Shown here: positions 14,854-23,658 of the stretch, piece by piece
Numbering within the stretch: position 1 is the stretch's first letter
Layout of the letters: every line of letters begins with the position of its first letter
Sequence record: MT074468.1
Source: Salmonella phage rutana
DNA: 32,000 nucleotides
Reading direction: 5' to 3' (one strand)
Notes under the pieces: generated by a model
Told to the model about the DNA's origin: nothing
What the model saw: only the letters and a program-made list of their open reading frames with translations
The model's database searches: none
Made by a program: the position numbers and the translations under genes

Positions 14854-16070
14854 TGGGTTTAAAAAGCTGGATTACTGAAAAGCTAAATCCGGGTCAACGT
14901 ATTATAAGAGACATGGAACCAGTTAGTCATCGCACTAACCGTAAGCCATTTACCACTGGACAAGCCTACAGTAAGATTGAGATTCTCAACCGAACTGCTA
15001 ACATGGTTATCGATAGTGCGGCGGAGTGTTCTTATACTGTCGGAGATAAATATAATATTGTCACGTACGCTAATGGCGTCAAGGCAAAGACTCTAGACAC
15101 TCTCTTAAATGTACGACCTAATCCATTCATGGATATAAGCACATTCCGTAGACTTGTAGTCACTGACCTACTTTTTGAGGGTTGTGCATACATCTATTGG
15201 GATGGCACAGCACTTTATCATGTCCCTGCTGCACTAATGCAAGTAGAGGCAGATGCCAATAAGTTTATCAAAAAATTCATATTTAATAACCAGATAGACT
15301 ATCGCGTAGATGAGATTATCTTTATAAAGGATAACAGTTACGTGTGTGGCACAAACTCCCAAATTTCTGGACAATCTCGTGTTGCTACAGTTATTGACTC
15401 TCTTGAGAAGCGTTCTAAAATGCTTAACTTTAAAGAGAAGTTCCTCGATAATGGCACTGTGATTGGTCTTATTCTTGAGACGGATGAGATCCTGAACAAG
15501 AAATTGCGTGAGCGTAAACAAGAAGAATTACAACTCGATTATAATCCTAGTACGGGTCAGTCTACTGTCCTGATTCTAGATGGTGGTATGAAAGCAAAAC
15601 CGTACTCCCAAATATCCTCTTTTAAAGATCTAGACTTCAAGGAAGATATCGAAGGATTTAATAAATCCATCTGTCTTGCCTTTGGTGTTCCGCAAGTGTT
15701 ACTTGATGGTGGTAATAATGCTAACATTCGACCAAACATCGAATTGTTCTATTACATGACTATCATTCCTATGCTGAACAAGCTGACTAGTTCTCTTACT
15801 TTCTTCTTTGGCTACAAGGTTACTCCTAATACTAAGGAAGTAGCTGCACTGACGCCAGATAAAGAAGCTGAGGCTAAACATTTAACCTCTTTGGTTAATA
15901 ACGGTATCATGACTGGTAACGAAGCTCGTGAAGAGCTTAACCTTGAACCTTTAGATGATGAGCAGATGAATAAGATTCGTATTCCTGCTAACGTTGCTGG
16001 TTCTGCAACAGGTGTATCTGGTCAAGAAGGTGGTAGACCGCAAGGCACTGCCGATGGGGATAAAGAATGA
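14853..16070 (+). CDS. Portal protein (pb7-like), 405 aa
   Basis: Phage portal-type sequence (…FGVPQVLLDGGNNAN…), order terL-HNH-portal. Confidence 0.85.
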   Translation: MGLKSWITEKLNPGQRIIRDMEPVSHRTNRKPFTTGQAYSKIEILNRTANMVIDSAAECSYTVGDKYNIVTYANGVKAKTLDTLLNVRPNPFMDISTFRRLVVTDLLFEGCAYIYWDGTALYHVPAALMQVEADANKFIKKFIFNNQIDYRVDEIIFIKDNSYVCGTNSQISGQSRVATVIDSLEKRSKMLNFKEKFLDNGTVIGLILETDEILNKKLRERKQEELQLDYNPSTGQSTVLILDGGMKAKPYSQISSFKDLDFKEDIEGFNKSICLAFGVPQVLLDGGNNANIRPNIELFYYMTIIPMLNKLTSSLTFFFGYKVTPNTKEVAALTPDKEAEAKHLTSLVNNGIMTGNEAREELNLEPLDDEQMNKIRIPANVAGSATGVSGQEGGRPQGTADGDKE

Positions 16071-16549
16071 TTGATTATGATGGTCTAAAGGCCATTTTTG
16101 GTGAAAAGCTGCCAGAATCTCATATCTTCTTTGCTACGGTTGCAGCACACAAGTTCGTTCCAAACTACGCTACTCTACGTAAAGAGTTTGGAATGACCAC
16201 TGCACATACCAACCGCAAGGTTTGGAATAAGTTCAAAGAAACATACGAAGTTACTGTTCCGGTTGTTCCGGCTCTAGCTTTCACGAAGAATCTGGCTAAA
16301 ACTCTAGCTGTTGATACTGGTGCAGCAATTAATCTGGGCGTAACAGTTACTGGTGGTACTGCACCATATACTTATGCTTGGACTAAGGACGGTTCTCCAC
16401 TAAGTGGTGTTACTGGCCCTAATTTCAACAAAGCTACAGCTGCTGCAGAAGATGCTGGTACTTACAAAGTTGTTGTAACGGATAGTAAATCTACTTCTAT
16501 TACTTCTAACGAGTGTGTAACAACTATCAACCCTGCGCCGGAGGCTTAA
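16067..16549 (+). CDS. pb10-like capsid decoration protein with Ig-like C-terminal domain, 160 aa
   Basis: N-terminus MIDYDGLKAIFGEKLPESHIFFATVAAHKFVP and Ig-like GGTAPYTYAWTKDG segment. Confidence 0.85.
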   Translation: MIDYDGLKAIFGEKLPESHIFFATVAAHKFVPNYATLRKEFGMTTAHTNRKVWNKFKETYEVTVPVVPALAFTKNLAKTLAVDTGAAINLGVTVTGGTAPYTYAWTKDGSPLSGVTGPNFNKATAAAEDAGTYKVVVTDSKSTSITSNECVTTINPAPEA

Positions 16550-16552
16550 TAA

Positions 16553-17185
16553 ATGACAAATGCTGCTATTGACTATAACAAGTTAAAATCAGCACCGGTT
16601 CATTTAGACGCTTACATTAAGTCTATTGATAGCGAATCCAAAGAGGGTGTTGTAAAAATCCGTGGATTCGCTAATACAATTAGTAAAGATCGCGCTGGTG
16701 ACGTAATTCCTGCTTCGGCATGGAAAACGTCCAATGCACTTGCTAACTACATGAAAAACCCGATTATTCTTTTCGGCCACGACCATCGTCGTCCAATCGG
16801 CAAGTGTATTGATCTTAACCCTACTGAAATGGGTCTCGAAATTGAATGCGAGATTTATGAAAGTTCTGATCCAGCTATCTTTTCACTAATTAAAAACGGT
16901 GTACTGAAAACCTTCAGTATCGGATTCCGCTGCCTAGACGCAGAATGGGATGAAGCTACTGACATATTTATTATTAAAGATTTAGAACTATACGAAGTCT
17001 CGGTAGTTTCTGTACCTTGTAATCAGGACTCAACGTTCAACCTCGCTAAGAGTATGAATGGCCACGATTACACTGAATGGCGCAAATCTTTTACTGCAAC
17101 AAGTTCTAAGGCTGTCCCAGCTCAAGAACGTAATCTTTCTGAACTAGAAAAACTTGCGATAGCTTTAGGCTACGTTAAAGAATAA
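16553..17185 (+). CDS. Prohead maturation protease, 210 aa
   Basis: HK97-type protease signature region (ILFGHDHRRPIGK, FSIGFR) upstream of major capsid gene. Confidence 0.85.
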   Translation: MTNAAIDYNKLKSAPVHLDAYIKSIDSESKEGVVKIRGFANTISKDRAGDVIPASAWKTSNALANYMKNPIILFGHDHRRPIGKCIDLNPTEMGLEIECEIYESSDPAIFSLIKNGVLKTFSIGFRCLDAEWDEATDIFIIKDLELYEVSVVSVPCNQDSTFNLAKSMNGHDYTEWRKSFTATSSKAVPAQERNLSELEKLAIALGYVKE

Positions 17186-17202
17186 CGGAGAATTATTTAA
17201 AA

Positions 17203-18579
17203 ATGACTATTGATATTAATAAGCTGAAGGAAGAACTTGGTCTGGGTGATCTGGCTAAATCTCTGGAAGGTCTGACTGCTGCTCAGAAAGCTGCGGAAGC
17301 TAAGCGTCTGCGTGAAGAGCAGGAAGAAAAAGAACTGTCTCGTATGAATGACCTAGTATCTAAAGCTGTTGGTGAAGACCGTAAGCGTCTGGAAGAAGCT
17401 CTGGATCTGGTTAAGAACCTGGACGAGAAGTCTAAGAAGAGCGCAGAACTGTTTGCACAGACTGTAGAAAAGCAACAGGAAACCATCGTTGGTCTTCAGG
17501 ACGAAATCAAGTCTCTGTTGGCAGCTCGTGAAGGTCGTTCCTTCGTTGGTGATAGCGTAGCTAAAGCTCTTTATGGCACTCAGGATGCTTTCGAAGATGA
17601 AGTTGAGAAACTGGTTCTTCTGTCTTATATGATGGAGAAAGACGTATTCGAAACTGAACATGGTAAGGCTCACGTTAAAGCTGTTAACGGTTCTTCTTCC
17701 GTTTCCATGTCTAGCGAAGCATACGAAACTATCTTCTCTACCCGTATTATCCGTGACCTGCAGAAGGAACTGGTAGTTGGTGCACTGTTCGATGAACTGC
17801 CAATGTCCAGCAAAATCCTTACTATGCTCATTGAACCAGAAGCTGGTCGTGCTACTTGGGTAGATGCTTCCAAATTCGGTACTGACGAAACTGTTGGTGA
17901 CGAAGTTAAAGGTCAACTGACTGAAATCAGCTTCAAAACTTACAAGCTGGCTGCTAAGTCCTTCATCACTGATGAAACTGAAGAAGATGCAATCTTCTCC
18001 CTGCTGCCTCTGCTGCGTAAGCGTCTGATCGAAGCACACGCTGTTTCTATCGAAGAAGCTTTCATGTCCGGTAATGGTACTGGTCAGCCTAAGGGTCTGC
18101 TGAAACTGGCTGCTGATGATGGTGCTAAGGTTGTTACCGAAGCTAAAGCTGACGGTTCTGTTCTGGTAACTGCTAAAACTATCTCCAAGCTGCGTCGTAA
18201 ACTGGGCCGTCACGGTCTGAAACTGAGCAAACTGGTACTGATCGTATCTATGGATGCTTACTACGATCTGCTGGAAGATGAAGAATGGCAGGATGTTGCC
18301 CAGGTTGGTAACGATGCTGTTAAACTGCAGGGTCAGGTTGGTCGTATTTACGGTCTGCCGGTTGTAGTTTCTGAGTACTTCCCAGCTAAAGCTGCTTCTG
18401 CAGAATTCGCAGTTATTGTTTATAAAGATAACTTCGTAATGCCGCGTCAGCGTGCTGTTACTGTTGAACGTGAGCGCCAAGCTGGCAAACAGCGTGACGC
18501 ATACTACGTTACTCAGCGTGTTAACCTGCAACGTTACTTCGAAAACGGCGTTGTATCTGGTGCTTACGCTGCATCTTAA
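17203..18579 (+). CDS. Major capsid protein precursor (pb8-like), 458 aa
   Basis: HK97-fold-type capsid with charged coiled-coil N-terminal region; same length as T5 pb8. Confidence 0.9.
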   Translation: MTIDINKLKEELGLGDLAKSLEGLTAAQKAAEAKRLREEQEEKELSRMNDLVSKAVGEDRKRLEEALDLVKNLDEKSKKSAELFAQTVEKQQETIVGLQDEIKSLLAAREGRSFVGDSVAKALYGTQDAFEDEVEKLVLLSYMMEKDVFETEHGKAHVKAVNGSSSVSMSSEAYETIFSTRIIRDLQKELVVGALFDELPMSSKILTMLIEPEAGRATWVDASKFGTDETVGDEVKGQLTEISFKTYKLAAKSFITDETEEDAIFSLLPLLRKRLIEAHAVSIEEAFMSGNGTGQPKGLLKLAADDGAKVVTEAKADGSVLVTAKTISKLRRKLGRHGLKLSKLVLIVSMDAYYDLLEDEEWQDVAQVGNDAVKLQGQVGRIYGLPVVVSEYFPAKAASAEFAVIVYKDNFVMPRQRAVTVERERQAGKQRDAYYVTQRVNLQRYFENGVVSGAYAAS

Positions 18580-18600
18580 TACAGGCTTTTCAGCCGATAA

Positions 18601-18624
18601 GGAGAGCTTCGGCTCTCCTTTTTT
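18601..18624 (+). terminator. Rho-independent terminator GGAGAGC-TTCG-GCTCTCC-TTTTTT
   Basis: 7-bp perfect stem, UUCG loop, T6. Confidence 0.9.
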
Positions 18625-18638
18625 ATTGGGAAAAATAA

Positions 18639-19151
18639 ATGCAAATCATCACTGTTGAAGATTATAAACTATATGGGAATTTAAAACGTCCTGATATGGA
18701 AACTCAGGTTGAGATGATGATTAAAGCTGCCAATACGCTGATTACAAGCCTTCTAGGTATGGATGATGCAGATGCGGTAGATCAATTAATCACTACAAAA
18801 CCTAGCCGTAGGAAATATTTCCTGAGTTCTCCTTCAGCCACATCTATTACAAAGATGACTATTAACGAGAACGAAATAGATCCGGAACAGTTTAAACTGT
18901 ATCCTGATGGTGTTATTCTCCTTAAGTTTAATCCTCCTGAAGGATATATGGATGTAGAGTATACTCAAGGTGGTTTCAATCCAATGCCTGAAGATCTTAA
19001 ACTGGCAGCATGTCTGTTAGTAGATCACTGGCATAAGCAAGATTATCGTCAAGCCAAGACTATTGGTGGTGAGACAGTTACGTTTAACAATACTAAGTCT
19101 GGTATTCCAGAGCATATTCGTACAATCATCGAAGTCTACAGGAGAGTATAA
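18639..19151 (+). CDS. Head-completion / head-tail connector protein, 170 aa
   Basis: Position after MCP; DNA-packaging gp6-like composition. Confidence 0.6.
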   Translation: MQIITVEDYKLYGNLKRPDMETQVEMMIKAANTLITSLLGMDDADAVDQLITTKPSRRKYFLSSPSATSITKMTINENEIDPEQFKLYPDGVILLKFNPPEGYMDVEYTQGGFNPMPEDLKLAACLLVDHWHKQDYRQAKTIGGETVTFNNTKSGIPEHIRTIIEVYRRV

Positions 19152-19918
19152 TGGCTCTTTCTGATCTAGCTAGACAAATTATTAAAGAGCAGCTAGATAC
19201 TGCAGGACGATCTGAGAATAATAAGAATACTGTTGTGTATACAGTTGAGACAGGTTTGAAAGATCCTACAAGAGATGGTACAGTTGCACAGGTATCTTTC
19301 AAATTCTCAAAACCAGTATCTCAAGACTTATTAAATGTTAGGACAGCATCTATACTGAAGGCTGTTTCTTCTAATTTAGATCTTTCTGGTGATTTAGGCG
19401 CTCTAGAGAATTTAATTCAAGCAACAGCAGGTAAACGTTCTGCTGTTGGTAAAAAACGTTCTACCGGTAGAGTTCAAGTAAACTTTGGAGATCCTAGAGA
19501 TACTGAAGATGGCTATTCTGGTGCAGTAACAGGTGCTTCTGGTCGTTTTGTATCAAATAGCAACATGCGTGTTATTCTTGAATTAGTTGCTAAGGAATAC
19601 TTAATTAAGGATATGAAAAAAGCGGGGGCGCCATTGAAGTTCAGAACTGGTCGCTTCGCTAACTCCTTAAAGATTAAAGACGTTATGCTACGTGATGCAG
19701 AAACTAGTAAAGGTGCTCCAGAGCTGAATGTGACGTATAACTATATGGTTCGTCCTTACTCTGTGTTCAACCCCGCAGTTTCTACATATCGAAGACTTTC
19801 TCTACGACCTTACCCTGGCGCTCGAAATCCTCAAAAACTTATTGGGGAAGCAATCGCAAAAGCTGCAAGAGACCTGATTCACTCTAGATATAAAATCAAG
19901 GTTAATCAAGGAACCTAA
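19151..19918 (+). CDS. Head-tail joining / tail completion protein, 255 aa
   Basis: Positional, ATG/TAA overlap with upstream gene. Confidence 0.55.
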   Translation: MALSDLARQIIKEQLDTAGRSENNKNTVVYTVETGLKDPTRDGTVAQVSFKFSKPVSQDLLNVRTASILKAVSSNLDLSGDLGALENLIQATAGKRSAVGKKRSTGRVQVNFGDPRDTEDGYSGAVTGASGRFVSNSNMRVILELVAKEYLIKDMKKAGAPLKFRTGRFANSLKIKDVMLRDAETSKGAPELNVTYNYMVRPYSVFNPAVSTYRRLSLRPYPGARNPQKLIGEAIAKAARDLIHSRYKIKVNQGT

Positions 19919-19921
19919 TAA

Positions 19922-20407
19922 ATGGATCACAGAACAAGTATTGCACAAGCAGTGGTTGACCGAATCGCCGCGCAAATGGATGGTTCACAACCTGACGAGT
20001 ATTTCAATAACCTTTATGGAAACGTTTCTCGTCAAACTTATAAATTCGAGGAAATCCGAGAATTTCCTTATGTGGCAGTCCATATCGGAACTGAAACTGG
20101 GCAGTATCTTCCCTCAGGCCAACAGTGGATGTTTTTAGAACTTCCAATCCTCGTGTATGACAAAGAGAAAACAGATATTCAAGAGCAACTTGAAAAACTC
20201 GTAGCTGACATAAAAACCGTCATTGACACAGGTGGAAATTTAGAATATACTGTTAGTAAACCTAATGGATCGACCTTCCCATGTGAGGCAACTGATATGA
20301 GCATCACCTCAGTAGCTACAGATGAGGGTCTACTGGCCCCATATGGTTTAGCGGAAATAAATGTAACAGTGAGGTATCAGCCACCTCGTAGGGCACTTCG
20401 CAGATAA
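19922..20407 (+). CDS. Tail terminator-like protein, 161 aa
   Basis: Size and position upstream of tail tube gene. Confidence 0.6.
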   Translation: MDHRTSIAQAVVDRIAAQMDGSQPDEYFNNLYGNVSRQTYKFEEIREFPYVAVHIGTETGQYLPSGQQWMFLELPILVYDKEKTDIQEQLEKLVADIKTVIDTGGNLEYTVSKPNGSTFPCEATDMSITSVATDEGLLAPYGLAEINVTVRYQPPRRALRR

Positions 20408-20433
20408 GTTACAGATTAGGAGAATATAAATAA

Positions 20434-21843
20434 ATGTCTTTACAACTATTACGTAATACTCGAATCTTCGTGTCTACGGTTAAGACTGGTCACGATAAGA
20501 CCAACACGCAAGAGATTCTAGTTCAAGATGATATTTCTTGGGGTCAGGACAGTAACTCAACCGATATTACTGTTAACGAAGCTGGTCCGCGTCCAACTCG
20601 TGGTTCAAAACGTTTCAACGACTCCCTGAACGCAGCTGAGTGGAGTTTCTCTACTTACATCCTGCCTTACTTAGATAAGACTACTAGTAAGCAGATCGTT
20701 CCGGACTACATGCTGTGGCATGCTCTTTCTAGTGGTAAGCCTATCAACCTAGATGGCGATACAGGTGCTCACACTAACGAAACTAACTTCATGGTTAACT
20801 TTAAGGATAACGCATACCACGAGCTGGCAATGCTACATATTTACATCCTTACTGATAAAGCATGGAGCTACATCGATTCCTGTCAGATCAACCAGGCTGA
20901 AGTAAACGTTGATATCGAAGATATCGGTCGTGTAACTTGGTCAGGTAATGGTAACCAGCTGATCCCTCTGGATGCTGCTCCATTTGATCCTGATACTGTA
21001 GGTATTGATGATGAAACTTACATGACTATCCAGGGTTCTTACATCAAGAACAAACTGACTATCCTCAAAATTAAGGATATGGATACTGGTAAGGCATATG
21101 ACATTCCGATCACTGGTGGTAGTTTTACAATTAACAACAACATCACCTATCTGACTCCTAACGTCATGTCCCGTGTTAACATCCCAATCGGTTCATTTAC
21201 TGGTGCATTCGAATTAACTGGTTCTCTAACTGCGTATCTTAACGATAAAGCTCTAGGTTCTATGGATCTGTACAAAGATCTGGCTAAGACCCTGAAAGTA
21301 GTTAACCGTTTCGAAATCGCTCTAGTACTTGGCGGTGAATATGATGATGAGCGCTCTGCTGCTGTTCTAGTTGCTAAGCAAGCTCACGTTAACATCCCGA
21401 CTATTGAGACTGACGATGTACTTGGTACTTCTGTAGAGTTCAAAGCAATTCCTACTGATCTGGATACTGGTGATGAAGGTTATCTTGGTTTCTCTAATAA
21501 GTACACCAAAACTACTATTGCAAATCTGATTGCAACTGGTGACGGTGGTAAAGCAGCTCCGGTTAAGGTAACAGGTATTACTGTTAAATCTGCGGGCGAT
21601 GCAACTTCCGTTGAGAATAGCGCAACTCTTCAGATGACTGTAGACGTTTTACCTGCTGAAGCTACTAATAAGGAAGTAACTTGGTCTATTTCCTCTGGTA
21701 CTGCTGCTACTATTGATGCAACTTCTGGTTTACTGACCGCTGATGCTTCTAAGACTGGTGCAGTTACTGTGAAAGCCGTAGCTAAAGATGGTTCTGGTGT
21801 AGAAGGTACTAAGAGCATTACAGTTACTGCTTCTGGTGGCTAA
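20434..21843 (+). CDS. Major tail tube protein (pb6-like) with C-terminal Big_2/Ig-like domain, 469 aa
   Basis: Length, position, and Ig-like VTGITVKSAGDATSVENSATLQMTVDVLPAEATNKEVTWSISSGTAATIDATSGLLTA. Confidence 0.85.
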   Translation: MSLQLLRNTRIFVSTVKTGHDKTNTQEILVQDDISWGQDSNSTDITVNEAGPRPTRGSKRFNDSLNAAEWSFSTYILPYLDKTTSKQIVPDYMLWHALSSGKPINLDGDTGAHTNETNFMVNFKDNAYHELAMLHIYILTDKAWSYIDSCQINQAEVNVDIEDIGRVTWSGNGNQLIPLDAAPFDPDTVGIDDETYMTIQGSYIKNKLTILKIKDMDTGKAYDIPITGGSFTINNNITYLTPNVMSRVNIPIGSFTGAFELTGSLTAYLNDKALGSMDLYKDLAKTLKVVNRFEIALVLGGEYDDERSAAVLVAKQAHVNIPTIETDDVLGTSVEFKAIPTDLDTGDEGYLGFSNKYTKTTIANLIATGDGGKAAPVKVTGITVKSAGDATSVENSATLQMTVDVLPAEATNKEVTWSISSGTAATIDATSGLLTADASKTGAVTVKAVAKDGSGVEGTKSITVTASGG

Positions 21844-21847
21844 TTAA

Positions 21848-22747
21848 ATGTACTACTCTCTAATGAGGGAGTCAAAAGTTATAGTTGAGTATGATGGCAG
21901 GGCGTATCATTTTGATGCCCTGTCAAATTACGATATCAATACGTCCTATGAGGAATTTAAAACTCTTCGTAGGACTATCCATCGTAGAACCAACTATGCT
22001 GACTCTATTATTAATGCACAAACTCCATCTTCAATATCACTGGCTATAAATTTTAGTAATACCCTTACTGAAGCTAATTTCTTTGAATGGATGGGCTTTG
22101 ACCGAGAGGGTAATACATTCTTACTACCACTTTATAGTACAAATATTGAGCCAACAATGTTTAATATATACATAGTTAATAAAGATAATAACTGTGTGTA
22201 CTTTGAGAACTGCTATGTATCTACTGTAGACTTTTCTCTAGACAAAAGCGTTCCTATCCTAAACGTAGGAATTGAATCTGGTAAGTTCTCTGAGGTGTCT
22301 ACTTTTACTCCTGCTGGTTCTATTGTTCAGGGTGAAGTTATATCATATAGTCCTCCTAGAGTATCCACCAATAGTAATGTTTTACCAGCTCTTTTATCCG
22401 CTTCTATGTCATTCCAGCAACAATGTTCTTGGAGGGAAGATAAAAGCGTATTTGACATAAACAAAATATATAATAATAAGAGAGCTTATGTTAATGAAAT
22501 GAATGCTTCGGCAACAATTGCATTTTATTACACTAAGCGATTTGCTAGTGATATGTTTTATAATATTGAACCCGAAGCTGACATACCATTAACCATCCGG
22601 AATGAACATATTTCGATTGACTTCCCTTCAGCACGTATAACAAAACGCCTACAATTCTCGGATATATACAGAGTTGAATGGGATGTAATCCCTACTGCAG
22701 ACTCTGATCCGGTAAGAATCGACTTCTTTGGAGAAATAAAGAAATGA
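21848..22747 (+). CDS. Tail protein (baseplate/tail completion), 299 aa
   Basis: Positional in the tail module. Confidence 0.55.
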   Translation: MYYSLMRESKVIVEYDGRAYHFDALSNYDINTSYEEFKTLRRTIHRRTNYADSIINAQTPSSISLAINFSNTLTEANFFEWMGFDREGNTFLLPLYSTNIEPTMFNIYIVNKDNNCVYFENCYVSTVDFSLDKSVPILNVGIESGKFSEVSTFTPAGSIVQGEVISYSPPRVSTNSNVLPALLSASMSFQQQCSWREDKSVFDINKIYNNKRAYVNEMNASATIAFYYTKRFASDMFYNIEPEADIPLTIRNEHISIDFPSARITKRLQFSDIYRVEWDVIPTADSDPVRIDFFGEIKK

Positions 22748-23148
22748 TCAATTTAAAAGATATTACCCTCGAAACTCGTACTATTGAGCTGGCTTACCCA
22801 GGTATGCCTAACTTCAAGCTGCAACTGAACTACATGTCTCGTGCTGCATCTAAGCGTGTTATCTCTTCCGCTAAGCGTGATGAGTGGGTTAACGGTACTA
22901 TGATTCAGGTTCAGGACGATGATAAGTTTATTGAAGCTTTCGTTGATACTGCAATTGCTGGCTGGACTGGCTTGACTATTGGAGACGTTGAGAAACTGAT
23001 GCTTATCGAAACTGAAGCTGATCCTACTACTGAAGTTCCATTTAGCCGCGATAATGCTATCATGCTTATGCAGAACTCTGCTGCGTTTGATTCTTGGATC
23101 AACCAGACAGTGTTCCACTTAGACACTTTTCGTAGCTCAAAAGCGTAA
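22744..23148 (+). CDS. Tail assembly chaperone, G-like, 134 aa
   Basis: Directly upstream of the second chaperone ORF and tape measure gene. Confidence 0.65.
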   Translation: MINLKDITLETRTIELAYPGMPNFKLQLNYMSRAASKRVISSAKRDEWVNGTMIQVQDDDKFIEAFVDTAIAGWTGLTIGDVEKLMLIETEADPTTEVPFSRDNAIMLMQNSAAFDSWINQTVFHLDTFRSSKA

Positions 23149-23578
23149 GCAGTTACTAGATGCTATTGCCGATTTTGCAGATAAATGCATTAAATCCTCA
23201 GCATCTAAAATGACAAAACAACAATATTTAATGCTTTGCGAGTCTCTAGGTATTGAACCTGATCCTAAGGCAATGCCTGTTGAACTCGAAGATTTTCCAC
23301 CTATTGTATCTACTAGTATGAATATTTATAATAGTCTTATTGACTGTTTCATACCAGGTGACTTTCCTATATTTATAGGGAAAGACAAAAGTGCATTAGG
23401 TGTTTTATTTGATATCTACGGGATTACTGATCCTATAGAGAAAGAGTTTGTTCTACACATAATCAATATATTTGATTCGAAAGCTGTAGATGCAGCTCGT
23501 AAGAGAGCCGAGAAGCATGGTAAACAAAATGGTCGCACTCCGAACATTAAACCGCATGCTAGATCTCGAGCTCAGTAA
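23123..23578 (+). CDS. T-like tail assembly chaperone segment, probably made by +1 frameshift from 22744 ORF (annotated alternative start 23210)
   Basis: The +1 frame is open from 23123, overlapping the upstream ORF by 26 nt; no SD before ATG 23210. Confidence 0.6.
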   Translation, partial: TLFVAQKRKQLLDAIADFADKCIKSSASKMTKQQYLMLCESLGIEPDPKAMPVELEDFPPIVSTSMNIYNSLIDCFIPGDFPIFIGKDKSALGVLFDIYGITDPIEKEFVLHIINIFDSKAVDAARKRAEKHGKQNGRTPNIKPHARSRAQ

Positions 23579-23613
23579 AAGTTTCCTCCAATGGGCGTTC
23601 CACGATGAGGCTT

Positions 23614-23644
23614 GGCTCTGGGTGATTTGCCCAGAGCCTTTTTT
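23614..23644 (+). terminator. Rho-independent terminator GGCTCTGGG-N7-CCCAGAGCC-TTTTTT
   Basis: 9-bp perfect stem and T6 upstream of tape measure gene. Confidence 0.9.
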
Positions 23645-23658
23645 ATTGGGAAAAATAA

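Noticed and set aside
17353-18531. 392-aa minus-strand ORF opposite the major capsid gene
   Set aside because: Antisense to a confidently assigned capsid gene with strong codon bias; composition (NF/QF/SQ-rich) is typical of a mirror-frame artefact and it has no convincing SD.
20434-21843. Ig-like domain on the tail tube protein as a novel feature
   Set aside because: C-terminal Ig-like domains are already known on T5-type pb6 and pb10 and many phage surface proteins, so it is not new by itself.
22753-23118. 121-aa minus-strand ORF opposite tail chaperone
   Set aside because: Fully antisense to a supported late gene; no independent support.
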